Assembly: GCA_045634565.1 (NCBI GenBank)
Contig: JAZRAM010000107.1
Span: 1 to 33,506, forward strand
Origin: Bacilli bacterium
GTDB lineage: Bacteria > Bacillota_I > Bacilli_A > RF39 > UBA660
Direction of reading: 5' to 3'
DNA: 33,506 nucleotides
Below are positions 10,417 through 19,154 of the stretch, one piece after another. The notes under the pieces were generated by a model. It worked only from the letters and a program-made list of their open reading frames with translations, ran no database searches and was not told the DNA's origin. The position numbers and the translations under genes are program-made. Numbering within the stretch: position 1 is the first letter of the stretch; the number at the start of each line of letters is the position of its first letter.

Positions 10417-12110
10417 TAATATCTCAAAGGATTAGTAGTACAAGCATATTTAGCACACGTTCTTATTTCATAATGTAAGTGAGGTCCAGACGCTCTACCT
10501 GTAGCACCTACATAACCTATTACATCTCCACGAGAAACTGTGCTTCCAACTGAAAAATTACTATTAAATGATGACATGTGAGCATATAAAGTATAATACC
10601 CATTGTTATGGTTAATCATTATATAATATCCATATGATTTATTATATTCTCTTACTTCTATAACACCATTATTAGCGGCATAAATCTTAGATCCTACTCC
10701 TGTTCCTGCAATATCAAGTGCATTGTGGAACTCACGAGAACCTGCAAAAGTTCTATATCCATAATATGATGAAATAGTATAACCACTTTCAGTAGGCCAT
10801 CCCCAAGAACCAACACTACCTACATTTGGTACATATTTAGTTCCTATATTTATAATTTTTGGAACTGAACTTTTTAAAGTTTCTTTCCCAGCAGGATCTA
10901 CATAGGCAATTTCTCCATTTACGGTTTTAACATTTTGAGAAACTCTTTCCATTCCATTCTCACCTTGTTGAGTAACTACTACACTTCCTTGTGTTAAATT
11001 TTTATCGTATTGTTCTACTGTTTGGAATGCAGTTTCTTTATCTACAATTTCAAATGTTTCTACAACGATTTGAATCTTAGGATCTATTGTTGATATTTTA
11101 ACATCTGTACCAGCAACTAACATATTGGTTCTACTTGTATATTGTGTATTAAAGATTAAAAATTCTTGAACACTTATTTGATTATCGAATGCAAGTGATT
11201 CAATAGAATCCCCCGTTTTTACTTTAACTGTTTTTTCTGTATATTTATCTCCATATAAAAGGTATGCAGATAAGTCAGTTGAATCTGTATAAATCGTTTC
11301 TTCAACAGGTATATTAACAGCTTTATAAGTTATATCTTGTTCTACATATATATTTTCAATTGTTGAACCAGTTGTAACAATTTTATCTTGTTTATTTGCT
11401 TTATATTTTTCATATTCAGCATCATCTACAAAGATAGTTATTACATCTTCTATAGCTTCATTAAAAACATTTGCATCAATAGTATATATTTCAATATCTT
11501 CTTTTTCTTCATTTTGACTTTTTATTATAAATTTATATCCAGATACTGTACTAGATTTTTTAGACATTATCTTTTTGTATGTTTCTTCTACTGACATAAC
11601 ATCAGCATGATATGTATATACTTTTTTTATTTCTGTCCCTGATGGAACAAATACATCTTCAACGTGTTTATATATATCATTTTTATGTACATATAATCTC
11701 ATATCTGATATTTCTTCAGGATTTAAATTATACAATTTTTCTTTTTTATAAAAGTTTAAATTATCTACATCTATATCACTTAAATTATATGATGATTTAT
11801 TAGTTATTAAATAATTAACTTTATCCACATCAGTATATGTTTGATCTGTTATTCTAGATTCATACTTTTTGAAAGTATCAATAGCATCTATTTTTAAAGA
11901 ATACTCTTTTATATTTTTTCTTATCGTTTCTGCCTGATTATTTATATAATCTTCTAATTCTTCTTTTGATTCAATCAAACCTATTAACTCGCTATCTAAG
12001 TATACTTGATAATGAGTATGTGGTTGTTTAGCACTTTTATAACCAAATCCAAATAAAAATACTATCAAAGACATTAAACCTATAAAAAAGTATGTACTTA
12101 TTTTTTTCAT
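10413..12110 (-). CDS. Membrane-anchored/secreted LysM-G5-M23 peptidoglycan endopeptidase
   Basis: N-terminal hydrophobic helix, LysM-like VKTGDSIESLA, G5-like VVTQQGENG, M23 motifs HNALD, YAHM, GPHLHYE. Confidence 0.88.
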   Translation of the reverse strand: MKKISTYFFIGLMSLIVFLFGFGYKSAKQPHTHYQVYLDSELIGLIESKEELEDYINNQAETIRKNIKEYSLKIDAIDTFKKYESRITDQTYTDVDKVNYLITNKSSYNLSDIDVDNLNFYKKEKLYNLNPEEISDMRLYVHKNDIYKHVEDVFVPSGTEIKKVYTYHADVMSVEETYKKIMSKKSSTVSGYKFIIKSQNEEKEDIEIYTIDANVFNEAIEDVITIFVDDAEYEKYKANKQDKIVTTGSTIENIYVEQDITYKAVNIPVEETIYTDSTDLSAYLLYGDKYTEKTVKVKTGDSIESLAFDNQISVQEFLIFNTQYTSRTNMLVAGTDVKISTIDPKIQIVVETFEIVDKETAFQTVEQYDKNLTQGSVVVTQQGENGMERVSQNVKTVNGEIAYVDPAGKETLKSSVPKIINIGTKYVPNVGSVGSWGWPTESGYTISSYYGYRTFAGSREFHNALDIAGTGVGSKIYAANNGVIEVREYNKSYGYYIMINHNNGYYTLYAHMSSFNSNFSVGSTVSRGDVIGYVGATGRASGPHLHYEIRTCAKYACTTNPLRYY

Positions 12111-12117
12111 AACTCAC

Positions 12118-13446
12118 CTAATTTTCTTCTTTTACTTTAGCTACATTTACAAATGTACTAGTACCCCTCTGAAAAATAAGCGGAACATCTGCTAAAGGAC
12201 CATTACGATGTTTCCTTATAACAAATTCCATTAAACTGTTTTCTTTCTCTCTTTCTTCATCAGAACAGTGTAAGAAAGCAACTATATCGGCATCTTGTTC
12301 TATTGCTCCAGATTCTCTTAAGTCACTAAGCATAGGCTTTTTATCAACTCTTTGTTCAATACCACGAGAAAGTTGTGATAATGCGATTACTGGAACATTT
12401 AATTCCATTGCCATTGTTTTTAAAGCTCTTGAAATATCAGCTACTTCTTGTTGTCTATTAGCACCATTTTTACTACTACCTTGAATTAAAGTTAAGTAGT
12501 CGATTACAACTATATCAAGTCCACTAGGACTAGTAGCAAGTTTTCTACACTTACTCCTAATTTCACCTACTGTTTGTCCAGCAGTATCATCTATAAAAAT
12601 ATTTGTATTTGATAATCTACTTATTGCTTCATTAACTCTTTTCCAATCTGAATGCTCCAAGTTACCAGTTTTAAGCTTTGAACCTTCTATTTGTCCAACA
12701 CTAGATAACATACGCATTGCAAGTTGTTCAGCACCCATTTCCATATTGAATAGTGCTACTGTTTTCTTGCTATTAATTGCTATATTAGTAACAAAGTTAA
12801 GCGCTACTGCAGTTTTTCCCATACCTGGACGAGCAGCAATAATTATTAATTCATGTGGATGAAATCCACTAGTAAGTTTATCTAATTCATAATATCCTGT
12901 TGGTATACCAGTAATATCACCTTTATTAGCAGCTAATTTTTCTAAATCTGCTTGAGTCTTATATAAAACATCTTGAATACTTTTAAACTCAGTACTTCTA
13001 AGACTTTTTGATACATCAAATATTTTCTTTTCTGCTTCTTCAATTACTTCACTTATATTATTAGAAGTGTTGTAACTATTTGTTATAATAGCAGTTGCTT
13101 CATCAATAAGTCTTCTAAGTATCGCTTTATCTTCAACTATTTTAATATATTGATCTATATTAGCAGCAGAAGGAACACTTTCAATTACTTCAGTTAAATA
13201 TTCTATATCACCAACAATTTTTAACCAGTTTCTATTATTTAACTCATCAGCTACAGTAGTTAAATCAACAACTCCACCTCTAGCATCTATTTCTTTTATA
13301 CATTCAAATATTTTGGCATGGTTATCTAAATAAAACTCACTACCATTTAATAATTCTAATGCTTTTTGTAATGCTTTCTTGGTTAAAAACATTGAACCTA
13401 ATACAGATTGTTCAGCATCTATATTATGAGGTATTTCTCTATTCAT
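12118..13446 (-). CDS. dnaB: Replicative DNA helicase
   Basis: PHNIDAEQSVLG, AARPGMGKT, VIDYL, LSQLSR, DLRESGAIEQDAD, KHRNGP. Confidence 0.98.
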   Translation of the reverse strand: MNREIPHNIDAEQSVLGSMFLTKKALQKALELLNGSEFYLDNHAKIFECIKEIDARGGVVDLTTVADELNNRNWLKIVGDIEYLTEVIESVPSAANIDQYIKIVEDKAILRRLIDEATAIITNSYNTSNNISEVIEEAEKKIFDVSKSLRSTEFKSIQDVLYKTQADLEKLAANKGDITGIPTGYYELDKLTSGFHPHELIIIAARPGMGKTAVALNFVTNIAINSKKTVALFNMEMGAEQLAMRMLSSVGQIEGSKLKTGNLEHSDWKRVNEAISRLSNTNIFIDDTAGQTVGEIRSKCRKLATSPSGLDIVVIDYLTLIQGSSKNGANRQQEVADISRALKTMAMELNVPVIALSQLSRGIEQRVDKKPMLSDLRESGAIEQDADIVAFLHCSDEEREKENSLMEFVIRKHRNGPLADVPLIFQRGTSTFVNVAKVKEEN

Positions 13447-13453
13447 ACTTCAC

Positions 13454-13891
13454 CTACTTCTTTAATTCTATTTTTAGTTTAGCAACCACCTTTTTATGTA
13501 ATTCAATATCTACAGTATGAAATCCTAAAGAACTAATAGAACCTTCTATCTTTATTTGTTTCTTATCTATTTCATAACCTTTACCTTTTAATTCTTCTAC
13601 TATTTGTTTCGCACTAATACTTCCAAAAACTCTATCTTGTTCTCCAGTTTTAACTTTAAAACTAATAGTTAATTTTTCTATTCTCTTTTTTATTTCTTCA
13701 CATTTTTTTATTAGTTTTAACTCTTGCTTTTCTTTTTCCTTATTTTCTCTATCTAATCTATCCATACTATTATTAGTAGCAAGTACTGCATCACCTTTAT
13801 TTATTAAGAATGTTCCATATCCATCTTTAACATTTAAGATATCTCCGCTTTTACCTTGTTTCTTAACATCTTTTAATAAAATTATCTTCAT
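13454..13891 (-). CDS. rplI: 50S ribosomal protein L9
   Basis: MKIILLKDVKKQGKSG, VKDGY, FGSIS; upstream of dnaB. Confidence 0.97.
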   Translation of the reverse strand: MKIILLKDVKKQGKSGDILNVKDGYGTFLINKGDAVLATNNSMDRLDRENKEKEKQELKLIKKCEEIKKRIEKLTISFKVKTGEQDRVFGSISAKQIVEELKGKGYEIDKKQIKIEGSISSLGFHTVDIELHKKVVAKLKIELKK

Positions 13892-13995
13892 ACCTAACCT
13901 CCCTTAAAGTCTATTTATATTATACTATAAAAAAAACAATATTGAAAGAAAATTATTCGTTTATATAACAAAAAATTTAATGCACTTTTAATACA

Positions 13996-14253
13996 TTAAA
14001 TTCTTTTTGTTTTCTCTGTTTCAGTAAAATGTTGTAAATCTTTACCACATACTATTTGACCAAGATATTTTTTTGTTTCTGTTATTTTACCATCAAATAC
14101 CATATTTATTTGATAAAGAGTAAAATTTGTATTAACAAGATCATTTATAGCATCATCTTTAGCTAGCTCTGGAGTTTCGAAGTTTCTTACTTCTAATTCT
14201 TTACCATTTTCTCCACCATAACTATAAGTTCTAAAATATTCAATTTTTTTCAT
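13996..14253 (-). CDS. Hypothetical 85-aa protein
   Basis: SD GAGGAGG; ATGA overlap with the DHH gene stop, implying translational coupling. Confidence 0.75.
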   Translation of the reverse strand: MKKIEYFRTYSYGGENGKELEVRNFETPELAKDDAINDLVNTNFTLYQINMVFDGKITETKKYLGQIVCGKDLQHFTETEKTKRI

Positions 14254-15224
14254 TTTTTTACCTCCTCGCTTATTATATAAATAATTTCTTGTTTTATTTC
14301 TTTTAATGTTTTGTTTTTTATTTGTGTTGCTGCATTGGAACTATGTCCTCCACCGCCCATTTTTTTCATAGGTTCACTTACGTCTATTTCACCAAGTGAA
14401 CGAGCACTTACTCCTATACTTTCATCTTCTAGTTTTCCTATTACAAATGAGGCTTCTACATCTTCAAAATTAAGCAATTCCTCAGCTATTTCAGCAAGAT
14501 CCTTAGTAGTTAATGCCTTATTAATAACACACATAGCAATATTGTCAGTTACCATAAAGCTTCCACCTATATGAGTAGCTCTTTTTAAATAATCTTCTTT
14601 TGATTCTTTTAACAATTCTTGTTTAAGTATTGAATCAGCACCCATTTCCATTAAAGTTGAAGCAGCTTCATATGTCCTACTAGTAGTTTTAAGATTAAAT
14701 CCATTAGTATCTATTTCTATACCAGCTAGTAGTACACTGGCAATTACATTATCTAAATCTATATTTACATATTCCGCATAATAAGTTATCAACTCACTCA
14801 TACTAGATAAATTAGAATCCATATAAGTAAATATAGTATCTTTTATATATTTTTTATTTTTGATATGGTGGTCTAAAACAACTACATCATATTCTTTTAT
14901 AAGTTTTGGGTATTCTAATCTTTCTTCTATATGTGTATCAGTTATAATTACTAAAGTTTTACCATTTATTTTCTTATAACTTCTTTCATTAACACATACT
15001 ACATCTTTTCCCATTTTTTCAAAAGCTTGTCTTATATTATTGTTGTATCTTTCTAAATGTTTATCATTTAAAAATATATATGTTTTTTTACCAAAAGATT
15101 CTATTATTTCACATAATCCTAAACTAGAACCTAAAGAATCTAAATCCGGATCTTTATGTCCCATTATTATAAAACTATCATACTCTTTTATTATTTCATT
15201 TAATTTTTGAAATAAGTGTTCCAT
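14250..15224 (-). CDS. DHH/DHHA1 phosphodiesterase, GdpP catalytic module only
   Basis: GHKDPDLDSLG, DTH, DHH, AGIEIDT, SARSLG, GGGGHSSNAATQ; occupies the gdpP position upstream of rplI-dnaB. Confidence 0.88.
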   Translation of the reverse strand: MEHLFQKLNEIIKEYDSFIIMGHKDPDLDSLGSSLGLCEIIESFGKKTYIFLNDKHLERYNNNIRQAFEKMGKDVVCVNERSYKKINGKTLVIITDTHIEERLEYPKLIKEYDVVVLDHHIKNKKYIKDTIFTYMDSNLSSMSELITYYAEYVNIDLDNVIASVLLAGIEIDTNGFNLKTTSRTYEAASTLMEMGADSILKQELLKESKEDYLKRATHIGGSFMVTDNIAMCVINKALTTKDLAEIAEELLNFEDVEASFVIGKLEDESIGVSARSLGEIDVSEPMKKMGGGGHSSNAATQIKNKTLKEIKQEIIYIISEEVKK

Positions 15225-15282
15225 AGTATCACCTAGTTTAATTATACACTAATTTTTTTAAATTAAAAAGGTCTTATTGATC

Positions 15283-15603
15283 TTAATTAATTTTTTCTAT
15301 TTGTTCTATTGATAATCCTGTTACTTTAGAGATAAAGTTTGTATCTGCTTGTTCCTTTTTCATATTTATTACTATATTTATCTTTTCTTGCTCTATACCT
15401 TGTTCAATACCTTGTTTCAATCCTTTAGCTAATCCTTTAGCCAATCCTTCTGCTTCTGCTTTTTCTAATCTCTCTTGTTCTTCATCTAATCTCGTTTGTA
15501 TTATAGATTCTTCTATTTGTTGCTTATGCCATTCCGCATCGTATGCCCCTAATATCTCTTCATCATCACTAAAGTCTTCCACTTTTTTTAAGATTTCTTC
15601 CAT
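15283..15603 (-). CDS. Putative intragenic small Rpn (RpnS-like antitoxin, 106 aa), in frame with the full-length Rpn
   Basis: AGGGAG SD at 15617-15612, 8 nt spacer, in-frame ATG at 15603 (MEEILKKVEDF...); internal TGTTATAAT at 15711-15703. Confidence 0.55.
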   Translation of the reverse strand: MEEILKKVEDFSDDEEILGAYDAEWHKQQIEESIIQTRLDEEQERLEKAEAEGLAKGLAKGLKQGIEQGIEQEKINIVINMKKEQADTNFISKVTGLSIEQIEKIN

Positions 15604-16200
15604 ACTTACATCTCCCTTTGTTATATCTTTCGCAAGGTCTATGTCTTCTATTCCTATCAACCCTATAAACTTATCTTTATAGTCTAACTCTCTTGCACTT
15701 TTATTATAACACTTTTCTACATAATATGGAAGGTCTACTCTTACTATTTCTATATCTTCTGTTAATATCTCATACTTTTCTATTTCCATTAGTTTATATC
15801 TTTCTATCGGTCTCACATGCTTACCTTCACAATCTATATTTATTTGTATATATTTTTTTAATCTTTTATATGTACTTCCTTTTTTTAATTCTTGTCCTAT
15901 ATTTTTAAATAAATATCTTAAGTTTCTAGCTATTAAATATTTATTTACATTTGTATTCATCTCTATTCCTATTTGTGTATTATCTTCTAATTCTACTATT
16001 AAATCTACTATTGTTCTTTTATCATAATACGAGCTCCCAATTATTTCTGGATTTAATATAATTATATTTTTAGGTTTTATATCTAATATACATTCTAATA
16101 ATTTTTTTAGTGGCATCAAATCATCTTTATCTCCAAATACTTTTTTAAACATCAAATCAAACTTAAGTGGCACTATTCTTTTTTCTTTTTCAATTATCAT
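15283..16200 (-). CDS. Rpn family recombination-promoting nuclease / putative transposase (PD-(D/E)XK)
   Basis: DLMFKKVF, DLIVELEDNTQIGIEMN, C-terminal EGLAKGLAKGLKQGIEQGIEQ repeats and ISKVTGLSIEQI. Start moved to ATG 16200, which follows SD GGAGGTG. Confidence 0.9.
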   Translation of the reverse strand: MIIEKEKRIVPLKFDLMFKKVFGDKDDLMPLKKLLECILDIKPKNIIILNPEIIGSSYYDKRTIVDLIVELEDNTQIGIEMNTNVNKYLIARNLRYLFKNIGQELKKGSTYKRLKKYIQINIDCEGKHVRPIERYKLMEIEKYEILTEDIEIVRVDLPYYVEKCYNKSARELDYKDKFIGLIGIEDIDLAKDITKGDVSMEEILKKVEDFSDDEEILGAYDAEWHKQQIEESIIQTRLDEEQERLEKAEAEGLAKGLAKGLKQGIEQGIEQEKINIVINMKKEQADTNFISKVTGLSIEQIEKIN

Positions 16201-16292
16201 TTTCTCACCTCCCTTCATATATATCATTCTACGTAACTTTCTTATTTCCTTTTTTTTCATGAAAAAAAATTGATTTTTCATCAATTTTTCAC

Positions 16293-16319
16293 AAAAAAAG
16301 ATAAATTTCTCAATTTATC
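16293..16319 (-). terminator. Intrinsic terminator after whiA
   Basis: GATAAATT-TCTC-AATTTATC stem followed by T7 on the minus strand. Confidence 0.6.
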
Positions 16320-17235
16320 AATTATTATTATTTCTTATTTTACTAGCTAAATCTTTAATTTTTGTAAACCTATGATGTAATCCTGACTTAGTAATAGGTA
16401 CTCCAGTTTCCATAGTTATTATCTCGCTAAGTTCAACTAAAGATGCTTCTTTATATTTTTTTCTATATATAGCAGCAATCTTTACTTTATCATCTAATAA
16501 ATCTAATCCACCAATACTTTCTATTAATTCAATATCTCTTACTTGATTATTAGCTGTTTCTATTATCTTATCTACATTAGCTTGTTCACAGTTATTAAGT
16601 CTATTAGTCATATTTTTATGATCTCTATATATTCTTATATCTTCAAAATATAATAGCGCACTTATCGCATTTATCATTCTAAGGAAATCCCCTATTTTTT
16701 CTGCTTCTTTTATATAAATCATAAATCTATTATCTCTTTTTATAACCTTACTATTTAAGAAATAAGTATTTAATTTTTCTTTTATAAACTCCGCATACTC
16801 TTCTGTATCTACCATAAGCTCTAAATGATACCTAGATTTTTTAGGATCATTCACACTACCACATGCTATAAATACACCCCTTAAATATACTCTAGTTAAA
16901 TTATCATCATCCAAAATATAATCATTAGGTATATCAGTATCTAGACTTAAATCTTTTATAATTAGATCTTTCTTTTCTTTTATTTCTAAGATATATATAT
17001 AATTTTTATTATAGTTATAACCTCTACGAACAGTTATCTTAGGACTTATTTTATATATATTTTTTAATATATTAAAGATATGTCTAGCTACACTAGGATT
17101 TTCTGTAGTTACTTTAATACAATTACTATCTATAACCGCATTATTTTTTAAAATAGCAGAAAGTATAGTTATAGCTTCTATCTTTTCAAGTTCTAATTTA
17201 CTAAGTTCATTCTTTACTATACTAGTAAAAGACAT
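16318..17235 (-). CDS. whiA: DNA-binding protein WhiA (YvcL)
   Basis: MSFTSIVKNEL, YLRGVFIACGSVNDP, YHLE, NRLNNCEQAN, KSGLHHR. Confidence 0.95.
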   Translation of the reverse strand: MSFTSIVKNELSKLELEKIEAITILSAILKNNAVIDSNCIKVTTENPSVARHIFNILKNIYKISPKITVRRGYNYNKNYIYILEIKEKKDLIIKDLSLDTDIPNDYILDDDNLTRVYLRGVFIACGSVNDPKKSRYHLELMVDTEEYAEFIKEKLNTYFLNSKVIKRDNRFMIYIKEAEKIGDFLRMINAISALLYFEDIRIYRDHKNMTNRLNNCEQANVDKIIETANNQVRDIELIESIGGLDLLDDKVKIAAIYRKKYKEASLVELSEIITMETGVPITKSGLHHRFTKIKDLASKIRNNNN

Positions 17236-17243
17236 AATATCAC

Positions 17244-18194
17244 CTACTTCTTCATTAAGTAATAAAATATATGAAATCCAACTTTTATATTATCATGTCT
17301 TAAAAGATTATTATCAGTTATATAAGTGAAATCATCACCAATAACATCTATTCCATATTTTTCAAAATTTTCCTCATCATAAACTACTGGATCTTTTTGT
17401 TCTTGTGTTTCATAAAATCTAGCCATTTCATCATCTATTTTACCTGTGTTAGCTAAAACTAAATCAATATTTCTTTTACCTAAATATCCATTTAAAGCCT
17501 TAACGTGATCAGTTACAGTAAAGTCATCTGTTTCTCCAGGTTGAGTCATCATATTACACACATACATAATTTTTGCTTTACTTTTTTCTATTTCTTTAAC
17601 AACTTCATCTATTAACAAGTTAGGTATTATACTTGTAAATAAACTACCCATACTAAACAATATCAAATCAGCATTTTTTATTGCTTCTAAAGCTTCTTTA
17701 GTCGCAACTGCTTCTTCTTTATAATAAACTCTTTTTATCTTAGCATTAGTTTCTGTTATGTGGTGCTCGCCTTCTATTACAGTGCCATCTTCCATATCAG
17801 CCATTAAAACTACATTATCTTCTGTTAAAGGAACAACTTTACCTTTTAAGTTCATAACTTTACTTAAAGCTTCAATACCATCAGATAAATTACCCCTAAT
17901 TTCACTAGCTGCAGTTAATAATAAATTACCTACAGTATGACCATCTAAGTCACTTGAAGTATTAAATCTATAATTAAATAAATCCATTACTAAAGGTTCT
18001 GTTTCTGATAAAGCAACTAAAACTCTTCTTATATCCCCAACAGCAGGTATATTAAACTCTTCTCTTAAAATGCCCGTACTTTTACCATCATCACATACAG
18101 TAACAATAGCAGTTATATCTAAAGGATATTGTTTTAATCCCCTAAGTAAGTTAGACATTCCTGTCCCACCACCTAGTACAACAACTTTCTTCAT
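17244..18194 (-). CDS. yvcK: YvcK/GlmR family UDP-GlcNAc-binding protein
   Basis: VVLGGGTG, DDGKSTG, GDIR, GHTVGNL, GSLFTSIIPNL, NMMTQPGET. Confidence 0.94.
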   Translation of the reverse strand: MKKVVVLGGGTGMSNLLRGLKQYPLDITAIVTVCDDGKSTGILREEFNIPAVGDIRRVLVALSETEPLVMDLFNYRFNTSSDLDGHTVGNLLLTAASEIRGNLSDGIEALSKVMNLKGKVVPLTEDNVVLMADMEDGTVIEGEHHITETNAKIKRVYYKEEAVATKEALEAIKNADLILFSMGSLFTSIIPNLLIDEVVKEIEKSKAKIMYVCNMMTQPGETDDFTVTDHVKALNGYLGKRNIDLVLANTGKIDDEMARFYETQEQKDPVVYDEENFEKYGIDVIGDDFTYITDNNLLRHDNIKVGFHIFYYLMKK

Positions 18195-18256
18195 TTAAAT
18201 CACCATTATAATTATACTATACTTTTAAAAAATGATAAACAAAAAACAAATTAAAA

Positions 18257-19090
18257 CTAATCTGTTAAATTGTTTGATATATCAACAAATACTTCTATTG
18301 GTAATTGTTCTGCTCTAACACTTAAATCAAAATTATATTTTTTTAATACTTCTTCAATTTTTTCTAAATTATATTTTTTTAAATTGTTTTTTATTGTTTT
18401 TCTTTTTTGTGTAAATGAATCTTTTATTAAGTTAAAAAATAATTTTTCATCTTTTAATTTAAAATTATTTTGTTTTTTAGTAAATTCTACCACTATACTA
18501 TCTACATTAGGTTTAGGTATAAATACATTTTTAGATATATCTAATAGTTTTTTTACATCAAAGTAATAATTTAAATATATAGAAAGTGAATTATATTCTT
18601 TTGTATTAGGTTTTGCTTTAAATCTATCTCCTACTTCTTTTTGTACCATTACTACTATTTTATCTACTGGAATATTATCTTCTATAAACTTAACTATTAT
18701 AGGAGTTGTTATATAATAAGGTAAATTAGCAACTACATATAGTTTTTTATAACTATATTTTTTTATATCTTCAAGTACATTTGCTTTTAAGAAATCTTTA
18801 AATATTATATCTACATTATTACAATCTTTTAAATTATCTTCTAAAAGTTCTTTAAGAGTTGTATCTATTTCATAACAAAGTACATTTTTAGAATATTGTG
18901 ACAATTTATATGTTAAGGAACCTGCTCCAGGACCTATTTCTATTACTAATGTATCTGTATCTATATTAGCACTTGTAATAATATTATTTATTATATTTTC
19001 ATCTATTATAAAGTTTTGTCCAAACATTTTTTTAAGATTAAAATTGTATTTTTCCATTTTTTCTTTAAACTTTATTGGTGAATACTGCAT
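18257..19090 (-). CDS. rsmA: 16S rRNA m6,2A dimethyltransferase
   Basis: FGQNF, EIGPGAGSLT, VANLPYYITTP, MVQKEV, PKPNVDS. Start probably ATG 19090 (MQYSP...). Confidence 0.96.
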   Translation of the reverse strand: MQYSPIKFKEKMEKYNFNLKKMFGQNFIIDENIINNIITSANIDTDTLVIEIGPGAGSLTYKLSQYSKNVLCYEIDTTLKELLEDNLKDCNNVDIIFKDFLKANVLEDIKKYSYKKLYVVANLPYYITTPIIVKFIEDNIPVDKIVVMVQKEVGDRFKAKPNTKEYNSLSIYLNYYFDVKKLLDISKNVFIPKPNVDSIVVEFTKKQNNFKLKDEKLFFNLIKDSFTQKRKTIKNNLKKYNLEKIEEVLKKYNFDLSVRAEQLPIEVFVDISNNLTD

Positions 19091-19130
19091 AATATCTCTC
19101 CATTCCATCTTATAATATCACATTTTTATA

Positions 19131-19154
19131 AAAATAAAAAGGGATTACCATCCC
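19131..19154 (-). terminator. Terminator after the 3D-domain gene
   Basis: GGGAT-TACC-ATCCC hairpin overlapping the stop, then TTTTTATTTT. Confidence 0.5.

Noticed and set aside
11388-11803. Two short + strand ORFs
   Set aside because: Antisense to the M23 peptidase; Phe/Ile/Tyr-rich composition typical of AT-rich shadow frames.
11821-11829. Perfect DnaA box TTATCCACA
   Set aside because: A single copy inside a CDS with no cluster; not an origin.
15395-15455. 12-bp tandem repeats
   Set aside because: They encode the usual Rpn C-terminal GLAK/GIEQ repeats; not a CRISPR array or separate element.
16201-16284. ORF-track N-terminal extensions (also at alr, rsmA, the 3D gene, tatD, metG, the dehydrogenase and rsmI)
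   Set aside because: Downstream ATGs have SD-like sequences and match family N-termini; the extensions run through promoter or SD sequence.
14311-18566. + strand ORFs at 14311, 15693, 17758 and 18270
   Set aside because: All lie antisense within confident genes and lack ribosome-binding sites.
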